A DNA stretch of 64,000 nucleotides from Paraspadella gotoi (lineage: Eukaryota > Animalia > Chaetognatha). This document shows positions 35,498 through 46,857 of this stretch, piece by piece. Location of the stretch: the NCBI GenBank assembly GCA_051294375.1, contig JBJCIZ010000239.1, positions 167,625 through 231,624 on the forward strand, written 5' to 3'. Position numbers and translations under genes: made by a program. The first letter of the stretch is position 1. The number at the start of each line of letters is the position of its first letter. The notes under the pieces are model-generated. The model did not search any database. It worked only from the letters and a program-made list of their open reading frames with translations, and was not told the DNA's origin.

Positions 35498-36180
35498 GAA
35501 GAGGATTTGGACGCGACGAGGTTAGAATTTTGATGAAATTTCAAAAATAAAATTCGGTTCTTGTCATGATTTGGCATTTTTTTGTTGGCTTTCAAGATGG
35601 CGGGATGCGGAATAAAGAAAAGGGGGACTCAAAAAACACACACGCAAAAAATATTTTTTGCCGTTAGATATAACTGAATATCTTTGTGTTAAGACTTTCT
35701 GTTCGTTGCGTTTTTAGATAGAGAGAAAACAAAGTTTATTTGTATACAAACAAGGGTTTTTATTTAAAAAAAAAACGGCCATGTTTCTACTCTAGTTTTT
35801 CGAGTCATCAGCGCAGCTCAGCTGATCCATATTTTTTAGACGTTTATTTTTGCTGTTTAAGATTGTCAATTTTTAAAATTATTTTGAAATATAAAATGAT
35901 GGATGATATATAAATTTTTTTTTCTTAACGAAGCCAACTTCCTTCTTTGAAGTAATGAAAACTGAAAACTTGCGAAGAAAAGAGAAACGACTTCATGCTG
36001 TTTCAACGAAACGTCTTTTTAGGAAACGAAGAGAGAGAGAGAAGAGAGGAGAAGAGAAGAAGAGAGAGAGAGAGAGCTCTTAATGCCTGTCTAAAAACAT
36101 ACCCTCTCCTTACAACTTGAAATAATTAACCAGCGAATTTAAATAAAAATCTTCGTTCTTGCGCGGACACGGCTGCTTTT

Positions 36181-36239
<59 letters not shown>

Positions 36240-36327
36240 TTGAATTTGGAGACAAAGTGAATTTGGAGACGAGAAGATGGAGACAGAGGAAGCCATAGCC
36301 TGAGGGTGATGTGGACAAGAGAGAGAA

Positions 36328-36380
<53 letters not shown>

Positions 36381-37114
36381 AGAGAGAGAGAGAGAAAATG
36401 GGTGATGAATTTCTATTTTTAGCTTCGTTAATTCTAATCTTAGATTAATCATTCTATACTTTTCAATCACTTATGTGACAAACTCTTCTTTTCTTCGTTT
36501 GTTTGTCTCTGTGAGGACTTGATATTCTACCTCAAATTTCAAATCCTATTTGGATTTTGTAGTCATTCGAATAAATAAGCAGTTTTATGAACCATTTCAA
36601 TATATTTCATAAAACTATCAGTTACTCCGGTCTTGATCCAACATTTCTTTCAATATAATATTAATAATAATAATAATAATAATAGTAAATAAATTTTAAT
36701 AGTAAAAATAATTTTAACCGTGATCTTTTGTTCGCCCCGCTTTCTCGAGAAGCCGGAAGGTTCTCCCCTATCGTATTCAAAGTCAGCTCACGAACGTTTC
36801 ACTGCACGATAATGTTTTTAGCTGCTTCGGATTTCCTGTTTTATTGAATGCCAATTTGATCGTAAATTTTCCAAAGTCCGACGTCCTGACCGAGTCAGTT
36901 ATAATGTTGTTAATTAACTTTTAAAATTTTTTTTTTAGTTTTGTAAATAAATCGAACATTTTTTGTTACAGTTACAGCGGATCCATTTTTTTTACGGTTC
37001 AATCGAAAGTGAATAGGTTAGACATAGGTTAGATAGGTAGAGTAGAAAGATATACATATGCCTTCTCTTTTTTAGAATATGGTGGGACTAAAAATCCACC
37101 AACCGTTCATCAGC

Positions 37115-37290
37115 GGCTATTGGTGCCGGGAGGCAATTCATTCGCCTCCCAACCCAAATGTCAGGGGTTCGAGCTCCGTGCGGTCGCTAACAGTTAGGGA
37201 CGGGGCGCTTAACCGCCTGAATTTCCGAAGCTCAAGGCACTGTTTATATTGAACGGTTCTGTCATTATTACAATTATTACAATTATTACT
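37115..37290 (+). mobile_element. Possible tRNA-derived SINE
   Basis: tRNA-like head (TTCGCCTCCCA; B-box-like GGTTCGAGCTCC at 37166-37177) and a short repeated tail (ATTATTACA)n. No clear TSD. Confidence 0.4.
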
Positions 37291-37560
37291 GTCTCTTCTC
37301 ATAGTGGCCAACTTTTCCTAAAACAATGAATACTCAACCCGTGTATCTCCCTTCGTTATTCAATTTCAAATTTGCAATTCGGTTAAATAAGAATACTTAA
37401 TTCAAAATAAATATACTTCGAATATTTCGATACCATAATCTTTTTTACCGGCATTCCCGGAAATCAATACACTCCAAATCCGGGATTGGCCCCCTTTTAA
37501 TAATTTTTTTTAACAACTAATCCCCATTTCTTCCCCTCCCCTCATCCCTTCCCTCTCCAG

Positions 37561-37791
37561 AAACGACGATCCCGCCCCGATGGCTCCACCCCAACGTCAC
37601 CGGCGTCGTAGGGGGCGTGGCGAACCTCACCTGCGACCTCTACTTTCCCGACAACAAGTGGATCCCCTACGCGATGACCTGGCGAAAGGTCGGGCTGGAC
37701 AAGCTGGTCTACTCTCGCTTCATGTACTACCCTCGTCACATCCACCCGCAGTTCGAGAAGCGGCTGCTCAATACGGCCAACGCTTCCATAG
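37561..37791 (+). CDS. tutl: Turtle/IGSF9-like Ig-superfamily protein, Ig1 N-terminal half
   Basis: ctccag|...|gtgagg, 231 nt, phase 1-1. Encodes VTGVVGGVANLTCDLYFPDNKWIPYAMTWRK...YPRHIHPQFEKRL...ASI, resembling Turtle/Borderless Ig1 (C..FP...PY..W.K...YP.HI...Y..R). Orthology not verified. Confidence 0.8.
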
Positions 37792-37890
37792 GTGAGGAGG
37801 AGGGGGAAGAGGGGTGTGTGTGTGTTTGTGTGTGTGTGTGTGAGGGAGGAGCTCTGTGTGACAGAGTTACTGGGTTATTGTCTCCTCGAG

Positions 37891-38275
37891 CGCCTTATTT
37901 CGTTTTCAGCTTTAATTCAAAGTGTAAACTGTTTTTTTTTAGGTTTTAACATTGGGTTTGTGGTTAGGGATTAGGTTAAGAATTAGCTCATGAATTAAGG
38001 TTGAGGATTAGATTACAATTTTGGTTAATTATTAGGGTTAAAGGTTTAGGGTCATGGAAATAAGGTTGAAGATCAGGGTTAGGAATAATGGATAACAATG
38101 AATGTTTAATGTATATAGTTAAAGGTTGAATGTTGTTTAGGTTTAGTTTGAATGAATGTTTAGGGGGTAAAGGTTTAGGATAAAGTTTAAGGGTTTTATG
38201 AGGTATTTTTAAAAAAAAATTATTCAGAGGATAAGATAAAAATTAAATTTGAAGCTTAAGAACAGAAATAAGGCG
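37891..38275. mobile_element. MITE-like element with CGCCTTATTT/AAATAAGGCG ends and degenerate TTAGGG-like interior
   Basis: Perfect 10-bp inverted ends. Related opposite-orientation element at 38855-39190 and a fragment at 28135-28330. Confidence 0.45.
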
Positions 38276-39673
38276 ATTTTGGAAAATATTACGGAGTTAT
38301 GTGTGACGAATAAGCATTGTGTGAGGAGGAATCACGTGTGCGACGGAATAGTTTGCGTGAATGTTTTGTGTACCATCTAGGAAAAAAATATATCACATTT
38401 TTAGTGGAGGATATCTTTTTTGATTTTTTGAAAAAATTATAATATTTTAAAATCTATATTAAATTTTCTTTCAGTAGCTTTCTTCCATTTTTTTGTAAGT
38501 TTTTTAGAAGTTAGCGGCAAAAAAAGATTGTTACCTCAGTTGGTCCCAGACAATGACCGGATCAATGCGAATGAAGTCCACGTTTAGATCCTACAATAGA
38601 TTCTTTAACAATGAAAAAAAAAGATTTCGAAAGATGGAAGGGGGAAAAAAAGGAAAAGAAAGAAATATTTTTTTGGGAAAAAGGCAAAAAAAATAATTAA
38701 GAACAATGTTGGACCAGATGAGACTCAGCGACTCTGCGATTCGTGTGAACAATGAAAGTCACCTTCGGTGAAAAAAAAAAGAAATCGTCTCACTTTAATG
38801 ATCCTAGTTATCACCGAGTAACGATTACATCTTCTCTTCTTCTCTGCCGTCTCAGCGCCCAATTTATTTTCATTTATCCCGGAATTTAATTAAAATCCTA
38901 ATATTTAGTTGAAATATTTTTTTGAGCTTATAACCCAACCCTTGACCCTCATGCCTAACCCTAATCTCGAACCCTAATCTAATCCTTAACCTTATCTAAT
39001 CTAATCCCTAACCCCTAATCTTAAACATTAGTCCCTAAATCCTAACCTTAATCACTAATGTAATCCTTAATCGTAATCACTAACCTAATGCCTAACCTAA
39101 TTCTTTACCCTAACCTCTAACCTAATCTTTAATTTATTAAATAAACCTTAATTCTAAATTTGGCATTCGGCGTTCTTGGAAAATAAGGCTCTACGTCTCA
39201 TTCTACATACTCGTTTATTCCTTGATCATTAAGGCCGGCCAAAATTGAACACTTTTTGTAACTTCTAGTTCTCTCAAAAAAATTTCTTTTTTCTTTCTAT
39301 TATTAAATCGATTTTCAATGCAACTTTTTGAATTAGTTCATTGGGTTGTTGCACTGAAGCTTTATATTTATAACAAATGATAAAAAAAAATTAAAATTTA
39401 TTTTTAAAAAACGGATTCGTATAGAGCTTAAAAAGTTAAACCAAAGTTATTAATATAATTTTTTCAAATTTTGACAATAAATTGGTTAAAAATAGAAAAA
39501 AAAACTTAAAAAATTATTATCATCATCATCATTGGATAAATTTTATAGTTAAAATTTTCATTAATAAAACAAAAATTATTTAAAAAGTTGTATTAATAAC
39601 CTTTATCTATCTCTATCAGAATCTATTAAAAAAATTAAAAAATTCAAAAAAAAAAAAATTTAAACTTTAAGTA

Positions 39674-39845
39674 CTTCAAACTTACTGTTAAAAATTATTG
39701 GTCTTTGAATTCACTTGCTGATGAAGACTCGCAAAAACTAAGAGTCGAAACATGTACATTAATAAAAATAAAATTGCTATTACAACGAATTTTTCGTTTC
39801 ATCTCTAACTATTCTAATAGCAAAAAAGAAAGTCAAAATACAAAT
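39674..39845 (+). mobile_element. 172-bp Penelope-like fragment with 11-bp TSD
   Basis: AACTTTAAGTA at 39663-39673 and 39846-39856. The insert is absent from the homologous host repeat near 60120-60140 and carries a hammerhead core followed by AATAAA. Confidence 0.7.
39712..39762 (+). ncRNA. Minimal type I hammerhead ribozyme motif (Penelope type)
   Basis: CTGATGA-A-GACTC-gcaaaaactaa-GAGTC-GAAA-CATG-TA: conserved core, perfect 5-bp stem II, palindromic ACATGT stem III; stem I is weak. Confidence 0.65.
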
Positions 39846-40078
39846 AACTTTAAGTAGTATCAAAATAATCTTTAAATGCTTCCGTGGCGCTTATCAATAA
39901 GCTAAATTTGAAAAAAAAAATTTCATTTTCATATTCTTTAACAGTCACTTAACCATTATTTATTTGAGAGAACTTGTAGATTTCAACCGTTCGCCTAACA
40001 ATCATACCATCTGTAACCCATCATGAAAACCCCCATCTCTAACCCCCATCTCTTCCTCTTTCCCCGCCATCTGCTCAG

Positions 40079-40192
40079 GCATCTCCGACCTGCGACCAGA
40101 GGACGAAGGGTTCTACGAGTGCACGGTCAACTACATGAACCGGAGTCCGTCGGAGCAGCAAGCGGGAACCTGGGTCTACCTCGTCATCTACT
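40079..40192 (+). CDS. tutl: Turtle/IGSF9-like protein, Ig1 C-terminal half
   Basis: gctcag|...|gtgagt, 114 nt, phase 1-1. Encodes ISDLRPEDEGFYECTVNYMNRSPSEQQAGTWVYLVIY, with the D.G.YEC.V...NR.P....GTW..L motif characteristic of Turtle Ig1. Confidence 0.85.
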
Positions 40193-42048
40193 GTGAGTTT
40201 TCACAGGGGGCCGGTGAACATTTTTTTTGGGGAGGGGGGGTTGATTGTAATTTTTTTTTGTGAGGTGTTGAAGTTGTTGAGCATTGAATCGGTGGGGCGG
40301 GGGGATTTATTACTACTATCTTTTATCTTTTTTAAGACTATAAAGAATTTTTGATCAGTCCGTCTGTGTGTACGCAGTAGACCTTGCCAGGAAATTTGAA
40401 GTTTGTGATCCAGCTTAGTAGTAGGGCTCAAAACGAGCTTCATACATGCGCGGATGTTTTACAATATTCCTTTTTTAAAAATAAATTATGGGAAATGCTG
40501 CCAACTTTTCAAAAAATGCTGAAAAACTTAAAAAAATTAGGGCATTTCTTCAATATCTCGAAGGGCATTAAGTATACTCAAACGAAACCAGTTTTAATCA
40601 TTAAAGCGTAAAAAACTGTACATGTTGGACACCTTACTGCGCAGACATTAGTTAAATAAATGAGGTTGTTTAAATTAGTCTGTTTAAATTAGTTAAATAA
40701 GTGAACGGGACTACAAGGGGAACACAACGCCACTGTTAAGGATACTACGCCATTTTGACGTTACTTTCCGCCATTCTAACATCGCCGCTCGCATAGCCAC
40801 TCACTTTGCCATTTTCATAACGCGACTTACAGGGCCACTCACTCCGCCATTTTCACTACGCCACTCCCTCCCTATTCGCTCCGCGCCACTCTCACCGCGC
40901 CAATTTATTTTCCACGCCATCACCCCAACTCAAACCGCGCCGGTTCGCCCTTTCGAAAAGGTGAGGGTCGCGCCACAAAAAAAAAGCCCCGGAAATCGAC
41001 GCCGTAAAACTGGCGCAGCTGGCGGTTAGTGGCGCCGGTGTCGTTTGGATGGCGGGCGGCGTCGGCCCGCGGCGTCGGCCCGCGGCGTGGTTGGAAGAGA
41101 CGCCGCTGGTAAAGGAATTGAAAAATTCGGTGACGGTCGACGATGACGGTGATGATGGAAGAGATGGAGTCTATCTTATTTGATGTAGTTGATGTAGAAA
41201 AATAGGGATATCATTTTTGAAGACAGTTTCGAAAAAAAAAAAATAAAATCGTACATCAAAGTTAAAATTTTTTTTTTAACGAGATTTATTCTGAGAATAA
41301 AAAAAGGTGACGGTGAGACACACGCAGGAGTCCAGATCAATTCTACTGAAACTCAGGAAAGCTGGGTCTATTTACATCAAGAGAAGAGGTTTCAGAGGCA
41401 AGAATTGTTTCGACAGTTCCATTGATTCCGCAGGCCGATTGGTCGATGCCATTTACTCCTCAACCAATCACAATGCGGGGATTCCGATTCTGCGGATTTT
41501 ACCCCATCCTCCGATCCCATTTCGATTATGATTCTGATTTTTATTTGATTTCCCTTTCTGGGAGGTTGAGTCTACGCGATGATACATGACTTCCAACTTG
41601 GGATAGGCCACGTTGGCACAAGGCCTCAGTCCTTCATACCGGTAATAGTAATAGTATCTAAGTTTTGTAAAAATTACTAAGTTTGAAGATAGTTTGTTTA
41701 TTAAATGAATGGATAATTTTTATAGGAAAAGTCGATCCTCCTATTTTACGTCGACGTCTTCTTCGTCTTCTTGCTCCGCGAGTACTCGCGGCGCAACTAA
41801 AAAAATTAGGGGGGGGGGAATGCAAAAAAAAAAAGAGGAAAAAAATAAAAGGAAAATAATAAGTAAAAGTGGAATTTCCTTTCGTCTCCTTTTGTTCTCC
41901 TTCGGGAAAACCTTAGATCTTTTCTTTCTTTCTTTCTTTTTCTTTTATTATTCTTTTTCCTTTTTTTCTGCCGCCTTTATTCTTTTTTATTTACCAAACG
42001 TTTGAATCTTTAATCCCATTCCATTCTTCGAGCTTGGCTCTCTCTCTT

Positions 42049-42109
<61 letters not shown>

Positions 42110-42277
42110 TTTTTCCTTCTCTTCTCTCTTCTTTTCATCTCTCTCTCTCTTCTCTCTCTCTCTCTCTCTTTCCCCCCCTTCCCTCTCTTTTTTTCTCTTT
42201 TTTTTCTCTTTTTCTTTTTGTTTCTTTTCTCTCTTCTTTCTTTCTCTTTCTCTCTATCTTTTCTTTCTCTTTTTTTT

Positions 42278-42327
<50 letters not shown>

Positions 42328-43149
42328 TTTATTTTTTTCTTTCTTTCTCTCTTTTTTTTTTTCTCTCTCTCTCCCTCCCACTTTACTCTCCCTCTTCTCT
42401 TTCACAAGCACTCATAGAAAAAAATAGGCTTTCATGAATTTTCCTTCTTTCGTGATTTTCTTTTACTGTCAATTTTAATCTTTTAGAAAATATAATAATT
42501 ATTTTTTTAAAGAATCTGCGTAATTATATTATTATATTATATTATATTAATTTTATGTTTATTTTTTTTTTACATTTTTGTCTTTTGTTTTTGTATTTAG
42601 TTGCGCCGCGAATACTAATGCATATGTTTCATACCTGAGTAGTCATATTGCGGCATATTTCGTGTTTTTTTTTTGTAGTTTCACAGAGAGGTAATAAATT
42701 ATAACATGCTTCTTGTGCATACGTGATCATGAGGAAATGTGTTTTTTTCTCTTTTTCTTCGTATTCATTTTTTTTCTTTCTTTCTTTTTCTTTCTTTCTT
42801 TCTTTCTTTCTTCTTCTTTCTTTCTTTCTTTCTTTTTCTTTCTTTCTTTCTTTCTTTCTTTTTCTTTCTCTCTCTTTTCTTTTCTTTCTATTTTCGCTCT
42901 TTATTTTCTTTCTTTCTATTTTTTTCTTTTCTTTCTTTTTCTATTTTTACTTTATTTCTCTATTTTTTCCTTTTTATCTTTTCTTTTTTCCCATTTTATT
43001 CTTTTTATTCCTTCCTTTTTTTCTTTTTTTCTCCTTCTATCTCCCTCCATTTCCCTTTATCGCCTTGTCTGTCTCTCACTTGTCCATTGTCAATAAAGGC
43101 ATCCATCTTATCGCTCGATATTTCAAACTTTCCTCCTCCGCTCATTTTC

Positions 43150-43317
43150 TATTCTTCTTCATTCTCATCTTCTTCTTCATTCTCATCTTCTTCTTCATTC
43201 TCATCTTCTTCTTCTTCATTCTCATCTTCTTCTTCATTCTCATCTTCTTCTTCTTCATTCTCATCTTCTTCTTCTTGATTCTCATCTTCTTCTTCATTCT
43301 CATCTTCTTCTTCTTCA
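43150..43317 (+). repeat. 18-21 bp tandem repeat (TTCATTCTCATC(TTC)n) running into an N-gap
   Basis: Direct inspection. Confidence 0.8.
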
Positions 43318-45029
43318 NNNNNNNNNNNNNNNNNNNNNNNNNNNNNNNNNNNNNNNNNNNNNNNNNNNNNNNNNNNNNNNNNNNNNNNNNNNNNNNNNNN
43401 NNNNNNNNNNNNNNNNNNNNNNNNNNNNNNNNNNNNNNNNNNNNNNNNNNNNNNNNNNNNNNNNNNNNNNNNNNNNNNNNNNNNNNNNNNNNNNNNNNNN
43501 NNNNNNNNNNNNNNNNNNNNNNNNNNNNNNNNNNNNNNNNNNNNNNNNNNNNNNNNNNNNNNNNNNNNNNNNNNNNNNNNNNNNNNNNNNNNNNNNNNNN
43601 NNNNNNNTTCGCCAGACCTTTAAGAATAAGAGGCGGTAGCTTGTCTCTTCCCTATCACAATCCTATCACAATCCTATCACAACTACCTGTTAAATGGACA
43701 TCAGTTCTCTCTTTTCTAACGAATCGAAGGCATTTCCTAATCACCTCGTCCACACGCCTATGGATAAAATATATTACTTTCGCCCTGCCTAACACCCCGT
43801 GCTTAAAACATACTTCCCCTCAAGGTTCAGAAAAATTGATAAACAGTCAAAAAAAAAGAAGAGAGATGAGATTTAGTAGCAATGTTAAGTCGCAGTCTTA
43901 TTTTCACTTATTTTNNNNNNNNNNNNNNNNNNNNNNNNNNNNNNNNNNNNNNNNNNNNNNNNNNNNNNNNNNNNNNNNNNNNNNNNNNNNNNNNNNNNNN
44001 NNNNNNNNNNNNNNNNNNNNNNNNNNNNNNNNTTTTTTTTGATTGTCGATATTTCGCGCAGTTTGGTGAGAGATAGAGATGGACGCGCTTTATGGAGACA
44101 GAGATGGTCTTGGTTAAGATTGCGAATCTAATTAGACTAGTATTTTTAAATTACCTGATTTTCTTTAATTGTTAATCTTTAATCAATCACTTGCGACAAA
44201 TTTTAGTTTATAAAAAATAATCAAATAATATGAATATTTTTTAGCTGCAACTCAAACCATTAAAACCGGATTATGTTTCCTGATTCTGTTTGCAAACGAA
44301 ATTTTTTTTTTTTTTCTCATCTCGTCTCTCTCCTTCTCTCTCTCTCTCCGCTCTTCCTCTCTCTCTTGCGTCTCTCAGTCTTCTCGTTACTCTCTTGCTC
44401 TCTGCTCTCTCTCTCTCTCCTTTCCGGTTTTATTACTACACATAATAATCGCACGGAATCGGAAAATCGACCAAATGCCAAGGAGAGAAACAACGTGCGC
44501 CTCGAACTGGCAGATCTCGCGTCGTCGTCGTCGTCGACACTTTCTTCGTGGTTGTGTGTGCGTCGTCGTCTTTGTCCGTATTCAGTTTGCAAAGACTGTT
44601 GTTGACGCTTAAGATTTCGTTGCCAATTGTTTTCTCAACTGAAATAAAAGTGAGGATATCACGTGATTCCGCTTTCTTCTCTCTCTCTCTCATCTCTCTC
44701 TCGTCTCGTCTCTCACCTGCTCGTCTCTCTCGTCGTCCTCCCCATCTCGTCTCTCTCCTCTCGTGCTCTCTCTCTCTCAATCCGTCTCTCTGCTCTTTCT
44801 TTTTAAGAAGATCTATCGCTTTAATCATCTCTACGTCAAGCAGGGAACAGACTTTTTCCTTTTTCCTTCAAAAGGAAGGCGAGCCTTTCCTTCAGTTAAG
44901 ATTATCAACGTCTAATCCCAATGTATTAATTTTCCTCTGCAAATACGTTTGCACCTACCCCGAAAAGTTAATTTTTGTCCGTAAACCGCTCAGCGTCCGC
45001 TCCCTGCGTCACAGCCTAAAGGCCACGAA

Positions 45030-45168
45030 TGACGTGCAACCGCCTGACGTCATTCTTGCAGTGCACGATTGACGTCAACCGCTCTGAGATAGCGTCACTA
45101 TCGTCAGTCCTGTCTGTCAGTCTGTCTGTCGCCAGCAATCGAATGCCATCGACAGGGAAGCCGGAAGT
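45030..45168. promoter_or_regulatory. Cluster of CRE sites (TGACGTCA) plus an ETS site (CCGGAAGT); duplicated at 50531-50668
   Basis: Three CRE or near-CRE octamers within 50 bp in each copy. The imperfect site differs between the two copies, implying three perfect sites in the consensus. Confidence 0.4.
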
Positions 45169-45243
45169 GACAAAAGGGAAATTTGCGTCGAGTCTGGGTT
45201 TGGGGAAATGCAGAATGGAGAGAGAGAAGAGAAGTAGAGAGAG

Positions 45244-45282
<39 letters not shown>

Positions 45283-45918
45283 GAGAGAAGAGAGAGAGAG
45301 AGGAGAAAGAGTTGAAACTGGTAACTGATGGCGTGAAGTGGAATGATGAGTGGATTTTTTGTTGTAGCAAGTGAACAAAGTATGCGGACTATGTGAAGTT
45401 GTGAAGTGTTTTTCTTTCTTTTTTGCCCTCCTTGTATGTCCCTGTTTTTCTGTTGTTTTAACTGTTTTTATATTTTACTTGCGCGGCCTTGAGTGTCTTT
45501 CTTGTAATGTGTTCTTTCTATGTGTCCTGTCTTACGTTAAATGGCGAATTGGTTATAAATAAGACATTTTAGTTAGTGATTAGTGTTTCGTAACTGTAGG
45601 CTGGAACCGTGAATTGATTCGCCACAGTACTTAATACTTAAATAGCTAATTTATAACTTTACATAACACTTAATAAACTTTCCAAGTAAACTTTTGAAAA
45701 AAACTAACACGCAGTGTCTCCGTCCTATATATAGGCGGATTCTCTGTGTACCTATAAAGCTATTGCACGTTTTCCTTGTTAATTTACTTTTCCTCGTTTA
45801 AAAATTACAAACAGAAATCCGAATAAAAAAAAAAGGAACCAAAAATAAGAATTAAGAGAAACAAAAAAGTAAAAAATATAAACGGAAACTGGAATTATGT
45901 TTCTGCTTCCATTCGCAC

Positions 45919-45996
<78 letters not shown>

Positions 45997-46146
45997 AGGT
46001 TGCCGAGCGTCGGGTTTAAACATCTCGTTGTTGCTCCTACAGGTTAAGAGGATGTCAGCAGCCGAAGCAAAAAACCGTCAACTGACAAACAAACAAACAC
46101 AGACGAATTGAAAGAGTAAATGAAGCACGAAATGAGGGTTTGGGGG

Positions 46147-46211
<65 letters not shown>

Positions 46212-46395
46212 AGAGAGAGAGAATGGAAAAGAACCTAGGAAAGGGAGAGGCACTAGAGAGAGAGAGAGAGGAGAGAAAGACAGGGAGAGTCAATGAAAGA
46301 GAAAAAAGAAGTTAGACGGGCAAGAAGATTCGTTTTAAACGTCGTGAAATTCATTACTTTGTTTTGCTTTAATAAGTTTATATAATATATATATA

Positions 46396-46710
46396 TGTGG
46401 ATAAGGACGCTACGGGGCGCTGAAGATGACTGTCAGTAAAATCTTTAACCGCCCCTCTAGCGCCATGGAACGGGTCCCTGGGCTTGGAACCAGGCTTAGG
46501 AGGTGTTCGCCAGGCCGCCAAGGCGGCTTAGGGCCGGTTCCACTCACGAGCTTCCCGCAGGTATGTATAGCCAGAGGGTTGGGATTGAGACCCGGTACCT
46601 AGTGGTCATGGAGCTGATGCTTTAGCTTACATGAGGTTAACCGAACGCGGGTCACAATTAAAGTGTCATGCTTCTAGGACGGGGTGAACCCTAGGCAATG
46701 CCCGACTACA
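46396..46710 (+). mobile_element. 315-bp family A element, independent insertion in the Turtle-like intron
   Basis: TATA|TGTGGATAAG...GCCCGACTACA|TATA, with flanks different from the GCNT copy. Confidence 0.75.
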
Positions 46711-46826
46711 TATATCGTTTATTTCGCTTTTTATTCATAGAATTCCTCTTGCTATATTTTTTTCTCTCTTTCTTCCTCTCTTCTCTCTTTTCTTTCTCTG
46801 CTCTTTTCTCTGCTCAAGTCTCTCTC

Positions 46827-46857
<31 letters not shown>

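Larger units (their letters stand above)
39265..40010. mobile_element. AT-rich interspersed element with TAGTTCTCTCAAA/TTTGAGAGAACT inverted motifs (host of the hammerhead insert)
   Basis: Clearly similar to 59838-60290 over about 400 bp. Confidence 0.55.
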
